From Calditrichia bacterium (GTDB lineage Bacteria; Calditrichota; Calditrichia; RBG-13-44-9; J075), in assembly GCA_050633245.1 (NCBI GenBank), contig JBOEGD010000002.1, positions 246,572-279,044 of the forward strand: 32,473 bases of DNA, given 5' to 3'. The notes under the pieces were generated by a model that saw only the letters and a program-made list of their open reading frames with translations, ran no database searches and was not told where the DNA came from. Position 1 is the stretch's first letter. The number at the start of each line of letters is the position of its first letter. A program made the translations under genes and the position numbers. Below, in pieces: positions 8,820 through 18,500 of this stretch.

Positions 8820-10505
8820 ATGCGCATCTTCAAATACATTGCCTTTATCGCTCTTCCGGCATTGCTGTCTGCACAAGCGATATCCTGGACAGACATTAGC
8901 GCTCAGCAAAATTTACCGACGACGATCTCCCTTTTTGCCGGCAACAGACTAAATCCACCGCTTAAAGCGTGGTATTTAGACGTCGATTTAAACGACTCAA
9001 CATATGTAATTCTACCCTATCTCTCAACGGTTGGCAGCGAAGGTCTTGTCCCTTTTGCCAATCGCGTTGGAGCGGTGGCAGCCATAAACGGCGGATTCTT
9101 TAACGTGACCAGTGGAGCATCCGTTTCCAGCGTCGTAATCCGTGAGGACGTACTTGCCCAAAACATCTCCACCTTGGTCAGAAATGGCGTGAACTATCCG
9201 GTGACACGTGCCTTTGTCAGCTTTGATAACAACGGAATGCCTGCTATCGACTGGATATATCATTTCGGAAGTTTATTCTCCGATCTCTATCGCTTTCCGT
9301 CTCCCACACAAAATAGTCCCGGTAATCCGGCTCCCGTGCCCATTCCTGCAGATGGAAGCAATTTTGGGCCACTGCGTGGTGGCCTTGGCGGGGGGCCTGT
9401 TCTGGTAAAAGATGCTATGGCGAACATTAGCTTTAATGAAGAAGTTTTCTGGGAATCAGGAATTGGACTGAATACCGACAATCCGCGCACCGCGGTTGGT
9501 TTTACCGCAGATAATCATATGATTTTATTTGTTGCCGATGGAAGACAAACCGCCAGCGATGGTTTAACCTTGATTGCTCTGGCAGACGTGATGGTCAACC
9601 TGGGATGTGTAGAAGCGATGAATCTTGACGGCGGTGGTTCGTCACAGCTGGCAGCAACAGGCACACTTATTAACCGCCCGGAGGGAGGAAACTTTCAACG
9701 TCCGATTCCAACCATACTTGCCATTATACATCGCGACTCGTTACCGGATCCTCCAACAGTAGGATTTGAAGATATTATTGATACGGGTGATTCGCGCGCG
9801 GCCCTGCTTGGCGGTGGCTGGTTTGCCTCTGCAAATCCCGGTTTTTACGGTACTACACCGTCCGAGCTCAATTCGACAGGCTCAGGAGCGCAAACAGCCG
9901 TATTTAAACCAAACCTTGGATTCGCCGACTCACTTGAAGTGTATGCCTGGTGGGTTTCAGCCGGAAATCGCAGCACCGATACGCCAGTGGTTATTGCGCA
10001 TCAAAACGCAACTGATACGATACGAGTTGATCAGTCGACGAACGGCTCAGCATGGAACTACATTGGCAAATTTCCATTTAGCGGAGATAGTTCCGACGCG
10101 ATTATTATCTCTAACGCCGCATCAACAGGCAGCTTTGTCGTTGCAGATGCGATTCGCCTGGTCGGCGTTATGCCGCCAACCGGAATTACAGTAAACACGA
10201 ATTTTGCCGTGCCCCAGATTGCTTTTCTAAATCAGAACTATCCGAACCCGTTTAATCCCAGCACAACAATCTCATGGAGATTACAGCAAAAGGCTGCGGT
10301 ATCGATTTATATTGTTGATGTGCTTGGTCAAACGGTACGGACAATCTTTCAGGCAAGTCAGCCAGCTGGTTTATATAACGCATCATGGGATGGAAGAAAT
10401 GAAAGCGGCTCTGAACTCGGTAGCGGAATCTATTTTATAAGAATGGAGGCAAACAGCACTTCGGGAAGGCTTCTCAGCAGCAAAAAAGCTCTGCTCATTC
10501 GCTAA
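8820..10505 (+). CDS. Secreted phosphodiester glycosidase (NAGPA family) with a CBM-like (golvesin/xanthan-lyase C-terminal type) domain and a T9SS/FlgD-Ig tail
   Basis: Signal peptide; AINGGFF, GGGPVLV, NPRTAVG, DGRQ and AMNLDGGGSS NAGPA motifs; EVYAWW..VDQ..NG.AW..IG..ADAIRL module; QNYPNPFNP tail. Confidence 0.85.
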   Translation: MRIFKYIAFIALPALLSAQAISWTDISAQQNLPTTISLFAGNRLNPPLKAWYLDVDLNDSTYVILPYLSTVGSEGLVPFANRVGAVAAINGGFFNVTSGASVSSVVIREDVLAQNISTLVRNGVNYPVTRAFVSFDNNGMPAIDWIYHFGSLFSDLYRFPSPTQNSPGNPAPVPIPADGSNFGPLRGGLGGGPVLVKDAMANISFNEEVFWESGIGLNTDNPRTAVGFTADNHMILFVADGRQTASDGLTLIALADVMVNLGCVEAMNLDGGGSSQLAATGTLINRPEGGNFQRPIPTILAIIHRDSLPDPPTVGFEDIIDTGDSRAALLGGGWFASANPGFYGTTPSELNSTGSGAQTAVFKPNLGFADSLEVYAWWVSAGNRSTDTPVVIAHQNATDTIRVDQSTNGSAWNYIGKFPFSGDSSDAIIISNAASTGSFVVADAIRLVGVMPPTGITVNTNFAVPQIAFLNQNYPNPFNPSTTISWRLQQKAAVSIYIVDVLGQTVRTIFQASQPAGLYNASWDGRNESGSELGSGIYFIRMEANSTSGRLLSSKKALLIR

Positions 10506-10528
10506 AAAGATTCGCCCCGCTAAATATA

Positions 10529-10553
10529 GTAGCGGACCTATGTGTCCGTCTAC
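10529..10553. repeat. REP-like palindrome, copy 2 (GTAG-initiated, degenerate)
   Basis: GTAGCGGAC-ctatgt-GTCCGTCTAC; the core GCGGACCTATGTGTCCG is nearly identical to the reverse complement of 8741-8766. Confidence 0.55.
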
Positions 10554-10582
10554 ACATCAGATAATCGAAACGGAACAACGCA

Positions 10583-11851
10583 ATGCGCTTTTTCACGATT
10601 TCTCTATTTCTTCTTACTTTCTTCATTCTTACCGGATGTAGCAGCAGTATTCCCGGGGGAACCAATATGAACTCATCCAATCTTCTTCAACAGCTCTTAA
10701 AGTCTGATTCAGAAGTTTTCAAAACCGTCTTGAAAGATCCTAATGCCTACAGACTGCAAATTCTCTATACGCAAATTGATCGCAATGCGGAAAACACCCC
10801 CCAATTCACGTCACATGCTTTTGGCGTTCAGACCGACCGGTATTTTTATCCTGCAAGCACGGTCAAGCTCCCTGCAGCTGCTCTGGCGCTCGAAAAAATC
10901 AATCGATTGAATATCGATGGCTTAACAAAATACAGTCCGTTGGAAATCGGTGTTGCTTATGACGGACAAAGCCCTGTCTTGGAAGATGCTTCGGCTGAGA
11001 ATGGTAAGCCAAGTCTCGCGAACTATATCAAGAAGATTTTGCTGGTCAGTGATAACGACGCTTACAATCGACTTTTTGAATTCATCGGACAGCAACAATT
11101 TACCGAAAACATGATCGCCAAAAGCTATACCGATACGAAAATTATTAGACGGCTTTCGGTTGCCGCAACCCCGGAACAAAATCGCTTGACCAACCCATTT
11201 AAATTTTTTAATGGACAGAGCGTTATTTACAATCAGCCGCGAGAAGAAAATCCGGAGCAATATGCCATCGATATGCCGGATATGCGTCAGGGAATTGGCT
11301 ATATGAGCGGCGGAGAGTTGGTCAATGAACCGATCGACTTCACAAACTCCAATTACTATGCCGTTCCGGACCAACAGGCAGTGCTTAAAGCACTCCTCTT
11401 CCCCGAGGCAACACCCGAGAGTCAGCGCTTCGACCTGACCGAAGAAGATTACCGCTTTTTGTATCGCTATATGTCTATGCTCCCATATGAGAGCAGAAAT
11501 CCAACCTACGCAGACAGGAACGAGTATTTCGATAGCTACGCCAAGTACATCATGTTCGGAGACAGTAAGGAGAACATTCCGACCAATATTCGCGTTTTTA
11601 ATAAAGTAGGACAGGCATACGGCTATTTAATCGATAATGCTTATGTGGCTGATTTCGAAAATAATGTTGAATTTCTACTCACGGTAGTGATTCAGGTAAA
11701 CGAAAATCGAATTTACAATGACAACAACTACGAATATGAAGAAGCCGGAGTTCCTTTTCTTGCTGAGCTCGGTAGAGCAATTTACAACCATGAATTGAAA
11801 CGCAAGCGCACTCATGCGCCCGATCTTTCACGCTTCATGGTCCATCAATAA
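10583..11851 (+). CDS. Lipoprotein serine hydrolase of the class A beta-lactamase-like/PBP superfamily
   Basis: Lipobox ILTG-C; SxxK (PASTVK), SDN and KVG motifs in canonical order. An in-frame internal ATG at 10667 has a G-rich SD-like sequence. Confidence 0.8.
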   Translation: MRFFTISLFLLTFFILTGCSSSIPGGTNMNSSNLLQQLLKSDSEVFKTVLKDPNAYRLQILYTQIDRNAENTPQFTSHAFGVQTDRYFYPASTVKLPAAALALEKINRLNIDGLTKYSPLEIGVAYDGQSPVLEDASAENGKPSLANYIKKILLVSDNDAYNRLFEFIGQQQFTENMIAKSYTDTKIIRRLSVAATPEQNRLTNPFKFFNGQSVIYNQPREENPEQYAIDMPDMRQGIGYMSGGELVNEPIDFTNSNYYAVPDQQAVLKALLFPEATPESQRFDLTEEDYRFLYRYMSMLPYESRNPTYADRNEYFDSYAKYIMFGDSKENIPTNIRVFNKVGQAYGYLIDNAYVADFENNVEFLLTVVIQVNENRIYNDNNYEYEEAGVPFLAELGRAIYNHELKRKRTHAPDLSRFMVHQ

Positions 11852-11861
11852 AGAGGTTATT

Positions 11862-14800
11862 ATGCTGGTTACACTAAAAAAGTCAATCGCCATACTCATG
11901 CTACTTATCGCAAGCTTTTCTCTATTTGCTGAAGAGGGCGAGATGTTGAGGTTTAATAATCAGGTAAATTTAAATTTTGCTATTGAATCGGCAACAGCGG
12001 GTTCTTCCTCCGAAGATGTGCTCTATATTTCTGAAGCGAGCAGCCTCACTGAACATACCTTCGATCGGGTTCTATTTAATGGCAAGATATTCAGTTCGGA
12101 TATGCAGAGTGAAAAACAAGCATTGCTATTGCAGATCAGCCTGAAGCGCAATGGTGTCTGGACAAATTGGCAGGACGCTCCGCTCGAAATTTTTGCCAAC
12201 GGTAGGTTTTGGGCACGCGCAGATATGAACCGCTCTGCAAGACAGCTGCGTTATCGCCTTGTGGCGCGCGCTGCAACAAATATCAACAAGCTTCACATTT
12301 ACGCAGTCGAAGCTCTGGACAGTCGTAATATTGCTGAGCGGAATCGGCGCGTTCAAGAAGAGCAGGCAGAACCGTTCTCCTTTGTCAAAACCGACACCGT
12401 GGAAAAACCAACGGTTGTAGATCGTCAGCAGTGGGGCGCGAATCCGCCAATCGGCGCTTATGTTCCGCACTCCCCTTTCAGATTAACACAGCACCATACC
12501 GCAGGTGGTCGCGTAGCGACGCTTGCAGATGGCATACAGGAGATGCAGTTTATCCAAAGTTTTCATCAAAATGGACGTGGCTGGCAAGACATTGGTTATC
12601 ACTTTTGCGTTGATGACTCTGGCCGAATCTATGAAGGCGTACCGTCTCAATATCGTGGAACGCATGTTGGGAATAACAATACCGGCAACGTCGGAATTTC
12701 ATACATGGGTAATCTTGAAATTAGCGGTGAGCTACCGACGCCAAAAGCCATTGAAAGTTTAAAGAAGATGTGGTCCTGGTTAAGCTTTAATTATGGTGTT
12801 AACCCTGATTCACTTTTCGGGCATCGCGATTATAATGCGACATCCTGTCCCGGAAGCAATCTATACATTCGCCTGCCGGAACTGCGGGATGGCGTGCGTG
12901 AAACTCTTGGCTTTGGAACACCCTATGTCAGCAACCCGCGACCACAGCCGTTCAGCACTGAAGTATCAGCCAACTCCGAAGTGCGTTTCAATATAAAGGA
13001 TACGATTGAGGGTGTCGACGTCAACACGATTATTTTGCGCGTTAACGGTGCAACTGTTACACCGACAATTAGCGGGTCACCATCCGATTATCAAGTCAGC
13101 TATACGCCGCCACAACCATTTCCGGCTTCGCAAAACGTTCGGGTAGAAATCGAAGCATTGGATTTAGGAGCATCTGCAGATACCATGCGCTACGAGTATC
13201 TGTTTACCATTCAGATTGCCGCTCTTTATGTTGAGGCGCAAAGCAGCACACAATTGCGTAACGGCACGATGACCGTTGAAGGTAACTGGACAGTGGATGC
13301 AGGTGACGTCGATCTGACAGATTTGCAAAATGGCGTGCGACTTATTGCACAGGATACCGATGGAAGCCATCGTATTAAAGTCTTTCCTGCCGTAATCGAG
13401 CCGGGCGACTACAATATTTATATTGCCTCAGAAAGCAACTATATCGGTGAGAGCGCCCGCTATCGCATCGTCGATGAGAACGGCCGAGAGACAACGGTAT
13501 TTCCAGAATACAATTCGCGCTACTTCCGTCAGTGGGGCTTGCTTAGTGCAACGCCTGTGTATTTTGATGATGATGGAGATGCAAACGGCTATATTGAACT
13601 CGCCGGATTGAATGGCTTACCCACACGTCTCGTGTTGGATGCGTTTCGGCTGGTAAAGGTTGATCGGCTGGACTCCCCCACTATTCCAACCTTAAAGCTG
13701 GTTCAGTTAACCGATGAAGTTAACCGCACCATAACTGTTAACTGGTACCCGAATACCGAGGGAGATATTGCCGGTTATCGTCTCTACGCAAGTGAGGACG
13801 GTCGATCGTGGACGACTCCGATTGCAGATGAAACACAGATTACCGGCGATATGTCCAGCTATGACTACACCTTCGCAGAAAACACTCCGGTTGTTTACTT
13901 TCGCATGGTCGCTGTAGACACCAATAAAGTGGAAAATCCGAACGGTGGAATCGACCCCCTACTCAGCCCATTTAGCGACATATATGGCGTCGGTATCACG
14001 CGCATCACAAATATATTGGTTGTAGATAATTTTGACCGTCAGGCAAGCTGGTCATCGAAACAGCATCCATTTGTGCGCAGTCATGGTGAAGCGCTCGTTC
14101 CCAATAATCACGGTTTCGATGCGGCCTCTGAGACGGCTGTTCAGAATGGCGACATCAATTTGAGCGAGTATGAGATTGTCATGTATATTTGTGGAGACGA
14201 TTCACGAACAGATGAGTCTCTGGCTGCGGCAGATCAGTTTCGCCTGCTGGATTATGTTCGTGGTGGTGGAAAGCTGTTTATCAGCGGCTCCGAGATTGGC
14301 TACGATATCGACGCCTCACCATCTGCCGAACAGGCGCGTTATGCAACGCTTTTAAAGGCATCATACCAAGGTGATCTTTCTGGTTCAAACCGAGTGATAG
14401 GACAGACTAGCAGCGAGTTCGAAGGACTGGACTTTCGCTATGGTGAAGTCAGTGCCAATGATAACTATATCGAAGATTATCCGGATTACCTACAGGCAGC
14501 AGGCGGTGGAGAGAGTATCCTATTTTACGGCAACCTCCGTGTTGCCGGCGTGCGCTTTACCGGCATCTATCCTAATGGGACAGATGTGGCCCAGATGCTT
14601 TATCTCGGTTTTCCATTCGAGACAACCAATTTGGGCGCAGATAGAACCGCACTTATGCAGCGTATTCTGACTTACTTTGGCCAACCCACAGCGATAGGTG
14701 ATGATCTTGCAAGTCTTCCGGAAACATTTTCCTTAGAACAGAACTATCCAAATCCATTCAATCCGGAAACGACTCTTCGCTTTGCTGTACCAGCAGATGC

Positions 14801-15008
14801 CAATGGCAAGACAGTCAAGCTGGAGATATTCAATTCTCTTGGACAAAAAGTTCGAACGCTGGTAAATCAGCAGCTAAAACCGGGTGCTTATCAATCCGTT
14901 TGGGACGGTAGAAATGGCTTTGGTAATCAAGTTGCCAGCGGCATCTATCTGTATCGTTTGAGCAGCGGTTCGTTTAGTACTTCCCGCAAAATGATATTGA
15001 TGAAATAA
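11862..15008 (+). CDS. Secreted N-acetylmuramoyl-L-alanine amidase (Amidase_2/PGRP type) with Ig-like, CBM-like, FN3 and shared alpha/beta modules and a FlgD-Ig/T9SS tail
   Basis: ATG 11862 with GAGG SD; signal peptide; RQQWGA, HHTAG, GWQDIGYHF, GHRD and TSCPG, so the His/His/Cys Zn ligands are intact; QNYPNPFNP tail. Confidence 0.88.
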   Translation: MLVTLKKSIAILMLLIASFSLFAEEGEMLRFNNQVNLNFAIESATAGSSSEDVLYISEASSLTEHTFDRVLFNGKIFSSDMQSEKQALLLQISLKRNGVWTNWQDAPLEIFANGRFWARADMNRSARQLRYRLVARAATNINKLHIYAVEALDSRNIAERNRRVQEEQAEPFSFVKTDTVEKPTVVDRQQWGANPPIGAYVPHSPFRLTQHHTAGGRVATLADGIQEMQFIQSFHQNGRGWQDIGYHFCVDDSGRIYEGVPSQYRGTHVGNNNTGNVGISYMGNLEISGELPTPKAIESLKKMWSWLSFNYGVNPDSLFGHRDYNATSCPGSNLYIRLPELRDGVRETLGFGTPYVSNPRPQPFSTEVSANSEVRFNIKDTIEGVDVNTIILRVNGATVTPTISGSPSDYQVSYTPPQPFPASQNVRVEIEALDLGASADTMRYEYLFTIQIAALYVEAQSSTQLRNGTMTVEGNWTVDAGDVDLTDLQNGVRLIAQDTDGSHRIKVFPAVIEPGDYNIYIASESNYIGESARYRIVDENGRETTVFPEYNSRYFRQWGLLSATPVYFDDDGDANGYIELAGLNGLPTRLVLDAFRLVKVDRLDSPTIPTLKLVQLTDEVNRTITVNWYPNTEGDIAGYRLYASEDGRSWTTPIADETQITGDMSSYDYTFAENTPVVYFRMVAVDTNKVENPNGGIDPLLSPFSDIYGVGITRITNILVVDNFDRQASWSSKQHPFVRSHGEALVPNNHGFDAASETAVQNGDINLSEYEIVMYICGDDSRTDESLAAADQFRLLDYVRGGGKLFISGSEIGYDIDASPSAEQARYATLLKASYQGDLSGSNRVIGQTSSEFEGLDFRYGEVSANDNYIEDYPDYLQAAGGGESILFYGNLRVAGVRFTGIYPNGTDVAQMLYLGFPFETTNLGADRTALMQRILTYFGQPTAIGDDLASLPETFSLEQNYPNPFNPETTLRFAVPADANGKTVKLEIFNSLGQKVRTLVNQQLKPGAYQSVWDGRNGFGNQVASGIYLYRLSSGSFSTSRKMILMK

Positions 15009-15028
15009 AAGACGATAGAATAGGGAAA

Positions 15029-15492
15029 CGCTACGCTCAAAGACAAGAGGCGAATATTCAAAATTACTCCAAGTTATGGGAATAGAATGGTAAACCCTTG
15101 ATTTGGAGAAATGCTGTGAAACATAATTTTAAGAGGCTGAATGTTTGGAATCAGTCGCGAAATCTAGTTGTCGACCTATATGAACTGACAGGCAATTTTC
15201 CAAAGATTGAGCAACATGGTTTAACAAGTCAAACTCGTCTTGCTGCGATATCAGTAGCATCAAATAATGCTGAAGGATATGGTCGTACTAGTCAGAAACA
15301 ATTAGCACACTTTCTAAATATTGCAATCGGCTCGACATGTGAAATCGAGACGCAATTATATCTCTCAATGGACTTAAGATATTTAAATACACAGCAAACC
15401 GAATTCGTTTTGACAGAAACAAATACAATACGCAAAATCCTTTTTACATTGCGTAAAAGAGCCTTAACAGTCTCTTGTCCCTGAGCGAAGCG
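15029..15492. repeat. 21-bp imperfect inverted repeats enclosing the four-helix-bundle gene
   Basis: Left arm CGCTACGCTCAAAGACAAGAG (15029-15049) matches the reverse complement of 15472-15492 (CGCTTCGCTCAGGGACAAGAG) at 18/21 positions. Confidence 0.7.
15116..15484 (+). CDS. Four helix bundle protein (23S rRNA intervening-sequence protein family)
   Basis: FKRLNVW..S..L..YELT.NFPKIEQHGLTSQ..AAISV.SN.AEG.GR..FLNIA.GS..E.ETQL signature. GTG 15116 has a GGAG SD. Visibly AT-richer than its neighbours. Confidence 0.88.
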   Translation: MKHNFKRLNVWNQSRNLVVDLYELTGNFPKIEQHGLTSQTRLAAISVASNNAEGYGRTSQKQLAHFLNIAIGSTCEIETQLYLSMDLRYLNTQQTEFVLTETNTIRKILFTLRKRALTVSCP

Positions 15493-15512
15493 ATCTGAAA
15501 AGAGGATTACCA

Positions 15513-18500
15513 ATGAAACATCGTTCAAAAATTTTAAGCGCATTGATGTTGTGCATTAACCTGGTTATGGCCCAAACCTTTACCGATATGTCTTCTCTTT
15601 TGCAGCCCGCCGATCCCGGTGGAACTCGGAGTGGACAGCGGGGAGCGAGTGCTGCCGACTTCAACAATGACGGACTGGTCGATTTATATCTTGCCAACTT
15701 TCGTGCCTCCGGCAAGCTCTATCTTAATCGCGGCTCGGCTGGATTTACCGATGAGCTGAACAGAATTGGCATTGATGAAGGCACCAATATGTGGGGAGCC
15801 GCTTTTGGTGACTATAATGATGATGGTTACTTTGACATTCTGTTTGAAGATCTCTCTGCCCCAAGCAAGCTCTACAAAAATGACCGCAGCGGTGGGTTCA
15901 CAGAAGTAAATGATGCTGCTGGTGTTTCAATACTCACCCTGGCACAGGGAGCGGCATGGGATGATTTTAATCGCGATGGGAAGCTGGACTTCTTTATTGT
16001 GAATGATATTGGCCCAAACCAATTGTTCAAAAATCTGGACTACGAAACTTTCGATGACATCAGCATCAGCGCTGGTGTACAAACCAGCGGCAACTCGTAT
16101 GGTGTTTCCTGGGGAGACATCAATAATGACGGTTATCCGGATGCTTATATCGCCACCTGTCACCCCTCCGATCCGCTACGATCTATCAATCACCTCCTAA
16201 TAAACAATGGTGATGAGACGTTCACAAATATCGCACAGGCTGCAGGTGTCGCCGATTCACTGGCCGGCTGGGGCGTAGTTATGATTGACTATGATGGCGA
16301 CCTGGACTTTGACATCTACGTTACCAATTCCGAGCATCCACCACGTCTTGGAGATAATCGCCTTTATCAAAATGACGGCAACAACCAATTTTCACGCGCA
16401 GCAGCAAACGCCGGGGTTGCCGGTGACTTCACCGAGAACAGCTATGGAAATGCCGTAGCAGACTTCAACAACGATGGCTGGGAAGACATGTACGTCTCAA
16501 ATCTCGGTCAACGAGACAGGCTTTACATCAACAATGGTGACGGAACGTTTACAGATATCGCTGAGACTGCTGGTATACCCGTAAACGAGCATCGTGCGAT
16601 GGCTGTTGCCGACTTAAACAATGATGGATGGATTGACGTTTTCTCTGGCGGCGTACCCACCAGTGCCTTGTATTATAACAATGGCGGTAGCAATCACTGG
16701 CTACGCCTCTCACTCCGTGGAATTACGAATAACTATTCCGGAATTGGCGCAACAATGTACCTGCACAGTGGGGGCCGTGTTCAAATGAAGGCCATGCGAG
16801 CCGGCGACTCTTTTTGTTCACAAAGTCACAGCATTACCACACATTTTGGCCTGGGCAGTGCTACTACAGTAGATTCACTCATTGTCGTCTGGCCAAATGG
16901 TGTACGCGATCGCATCAATAATATTACGCAGGTAGATCGACATGTCGCTTTTGTCGAGGGGGGGACTCTGAACAGTCGTCCATCTACATTTGAATTAACG
17001 GCACCGGCTAATGGAGATACACTCGATACCTCTTCCAGTCCACTTGTTTTCGAATGGACAGCTGCAACGGACCTCGACGGAAACGCGCTGAGTTATTCCC
17101 TGCATCTTCGCGGGACAGATTTATGGACGGGAGCGTTGTTCGATACCTCGATTGTCGGTATAAGCACAACAAGCTATGCACCGGGCGCTAATGAGCTTCC
17201 GGGTAATCATAAATGGCGCTGGTCTGTCGACGTTTCTGATGGAACTGAAATTACTGCTGCAATGGATTTTTGCGTGATAACGGTCGATCCGTTTGGCTTC
17301 GTATTTGAACTGTCAACCGCGGCTCCGGGTGGAGCTGGAACAGCAAGCCAGGGATTAAGCTGGGGAGATTTTGATGCAGATGGAGATGCCGATATCTACA
17401 TCGTTAACGCCCCGGATGCAGCAAATGCCTTATTTGAAAATGATGGAAACGGTAATTTTAGCACCGTCTCCGCCGGAGCTGCGATTACCGATATAGCCAG
17501 TTCCTTTAGTGCAACCTGGGGGGATTACGACAACGATGGACTTACGGATGTTTTCGTGGCAAACATCAATCAGCAAAACAATCAGCTCTATCGCAATCTC
17601 GGAAATGGTTCGTTTGAAAGCATTTTATCCGGAGCAATAGTTAACGATCAGGGGAATAGTTTTGGAGCGGCATGGGTAGACTACGATAATGACGGCCTGC
17701 TCGATCTGCATGTTGTCAATGACACACAGAATCCTTCGTTTCTCTATCGTAACAATGGGAATGGGTTTGATAAAATCACCACCGGTGATATCGCTACCGA
17801 TAATGTTTACTCACTTAGCAGCTCGTGGAGCGATTACGACAATGACGGTGATATGGATGTATTTCTGGCAAATACGTCTCCTAACTTCCTCTATCAGAAC
17901 AACGGGAATGGTACTTTTACCAAGATCACCAGCGGTGATATTGTTTCCGGGTTCGGTTCATCTCGAACCGGTGCCTGGAGCGACTATGACAATGATGGTG
18001 ACATGGATTTATTTGTTGCCAACTCAGCAATCGATTACTTCTACGACAACAACGGCGATGGTACGTTTACCCGAATTTTTGACTATCCACAGACGGCAAC
18101 AGGCAATGATTCACGCGGAGCAGTTTGGGGTGATTTTAACAATGATGGATTCAGCGATTTGTTGGTTCTTTATCAAACCGACGCTGCATTTTTTCTAAAT
18201 AACGGAAATAAGAGCTTTACTGAAATTGCAGCACTGTCTTCTGCAGCCTCATTTGCTGCAGCCCAGGGAATGGCAACAGCAGATATCGATTTGGATGGAA
18301 GACTGGATGTTTTAATCAGCGATGCCTCTACAAACGGCGACAACTATCAGCTCAAAAACAGCGTGCCGTCCGGTAACTGGCTGCTTATCGGCCTTACCGG
18401 AAACCCATCAAACACCTCCGCAATTGGCGCAAAAGTCCGCGCTCGCACCTCCCTGAACAGCAACATAGTTTGGCAAATGCGTGAAATAACCGGACAGGCA

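Noticed and set aside
10583-11851. Bona fide antibiotic-resistance beta-lactamase
   Set aside because: At 422 aa with large insertions and a KVG motif, only the superfamily fold is supported. The context favours a cell-wall peptidase, and activity cannot be read from sequence.
15029-15492. 23S rRNA gene containing an intervening sequence
   Set aside because: The flanks are protein-coding genes, and no rRNA-like sequence is visible.
15116-18100. Diversity-generating retroelement (Avd-like four-helix protein plus repeated DNA in the next gene)
   Set aside because: No reverse transcriptase is present. The repeats at ~17826 and ~17976 are in-frame propeller blades differing mostly at third codon positions, not adenine-specifically.
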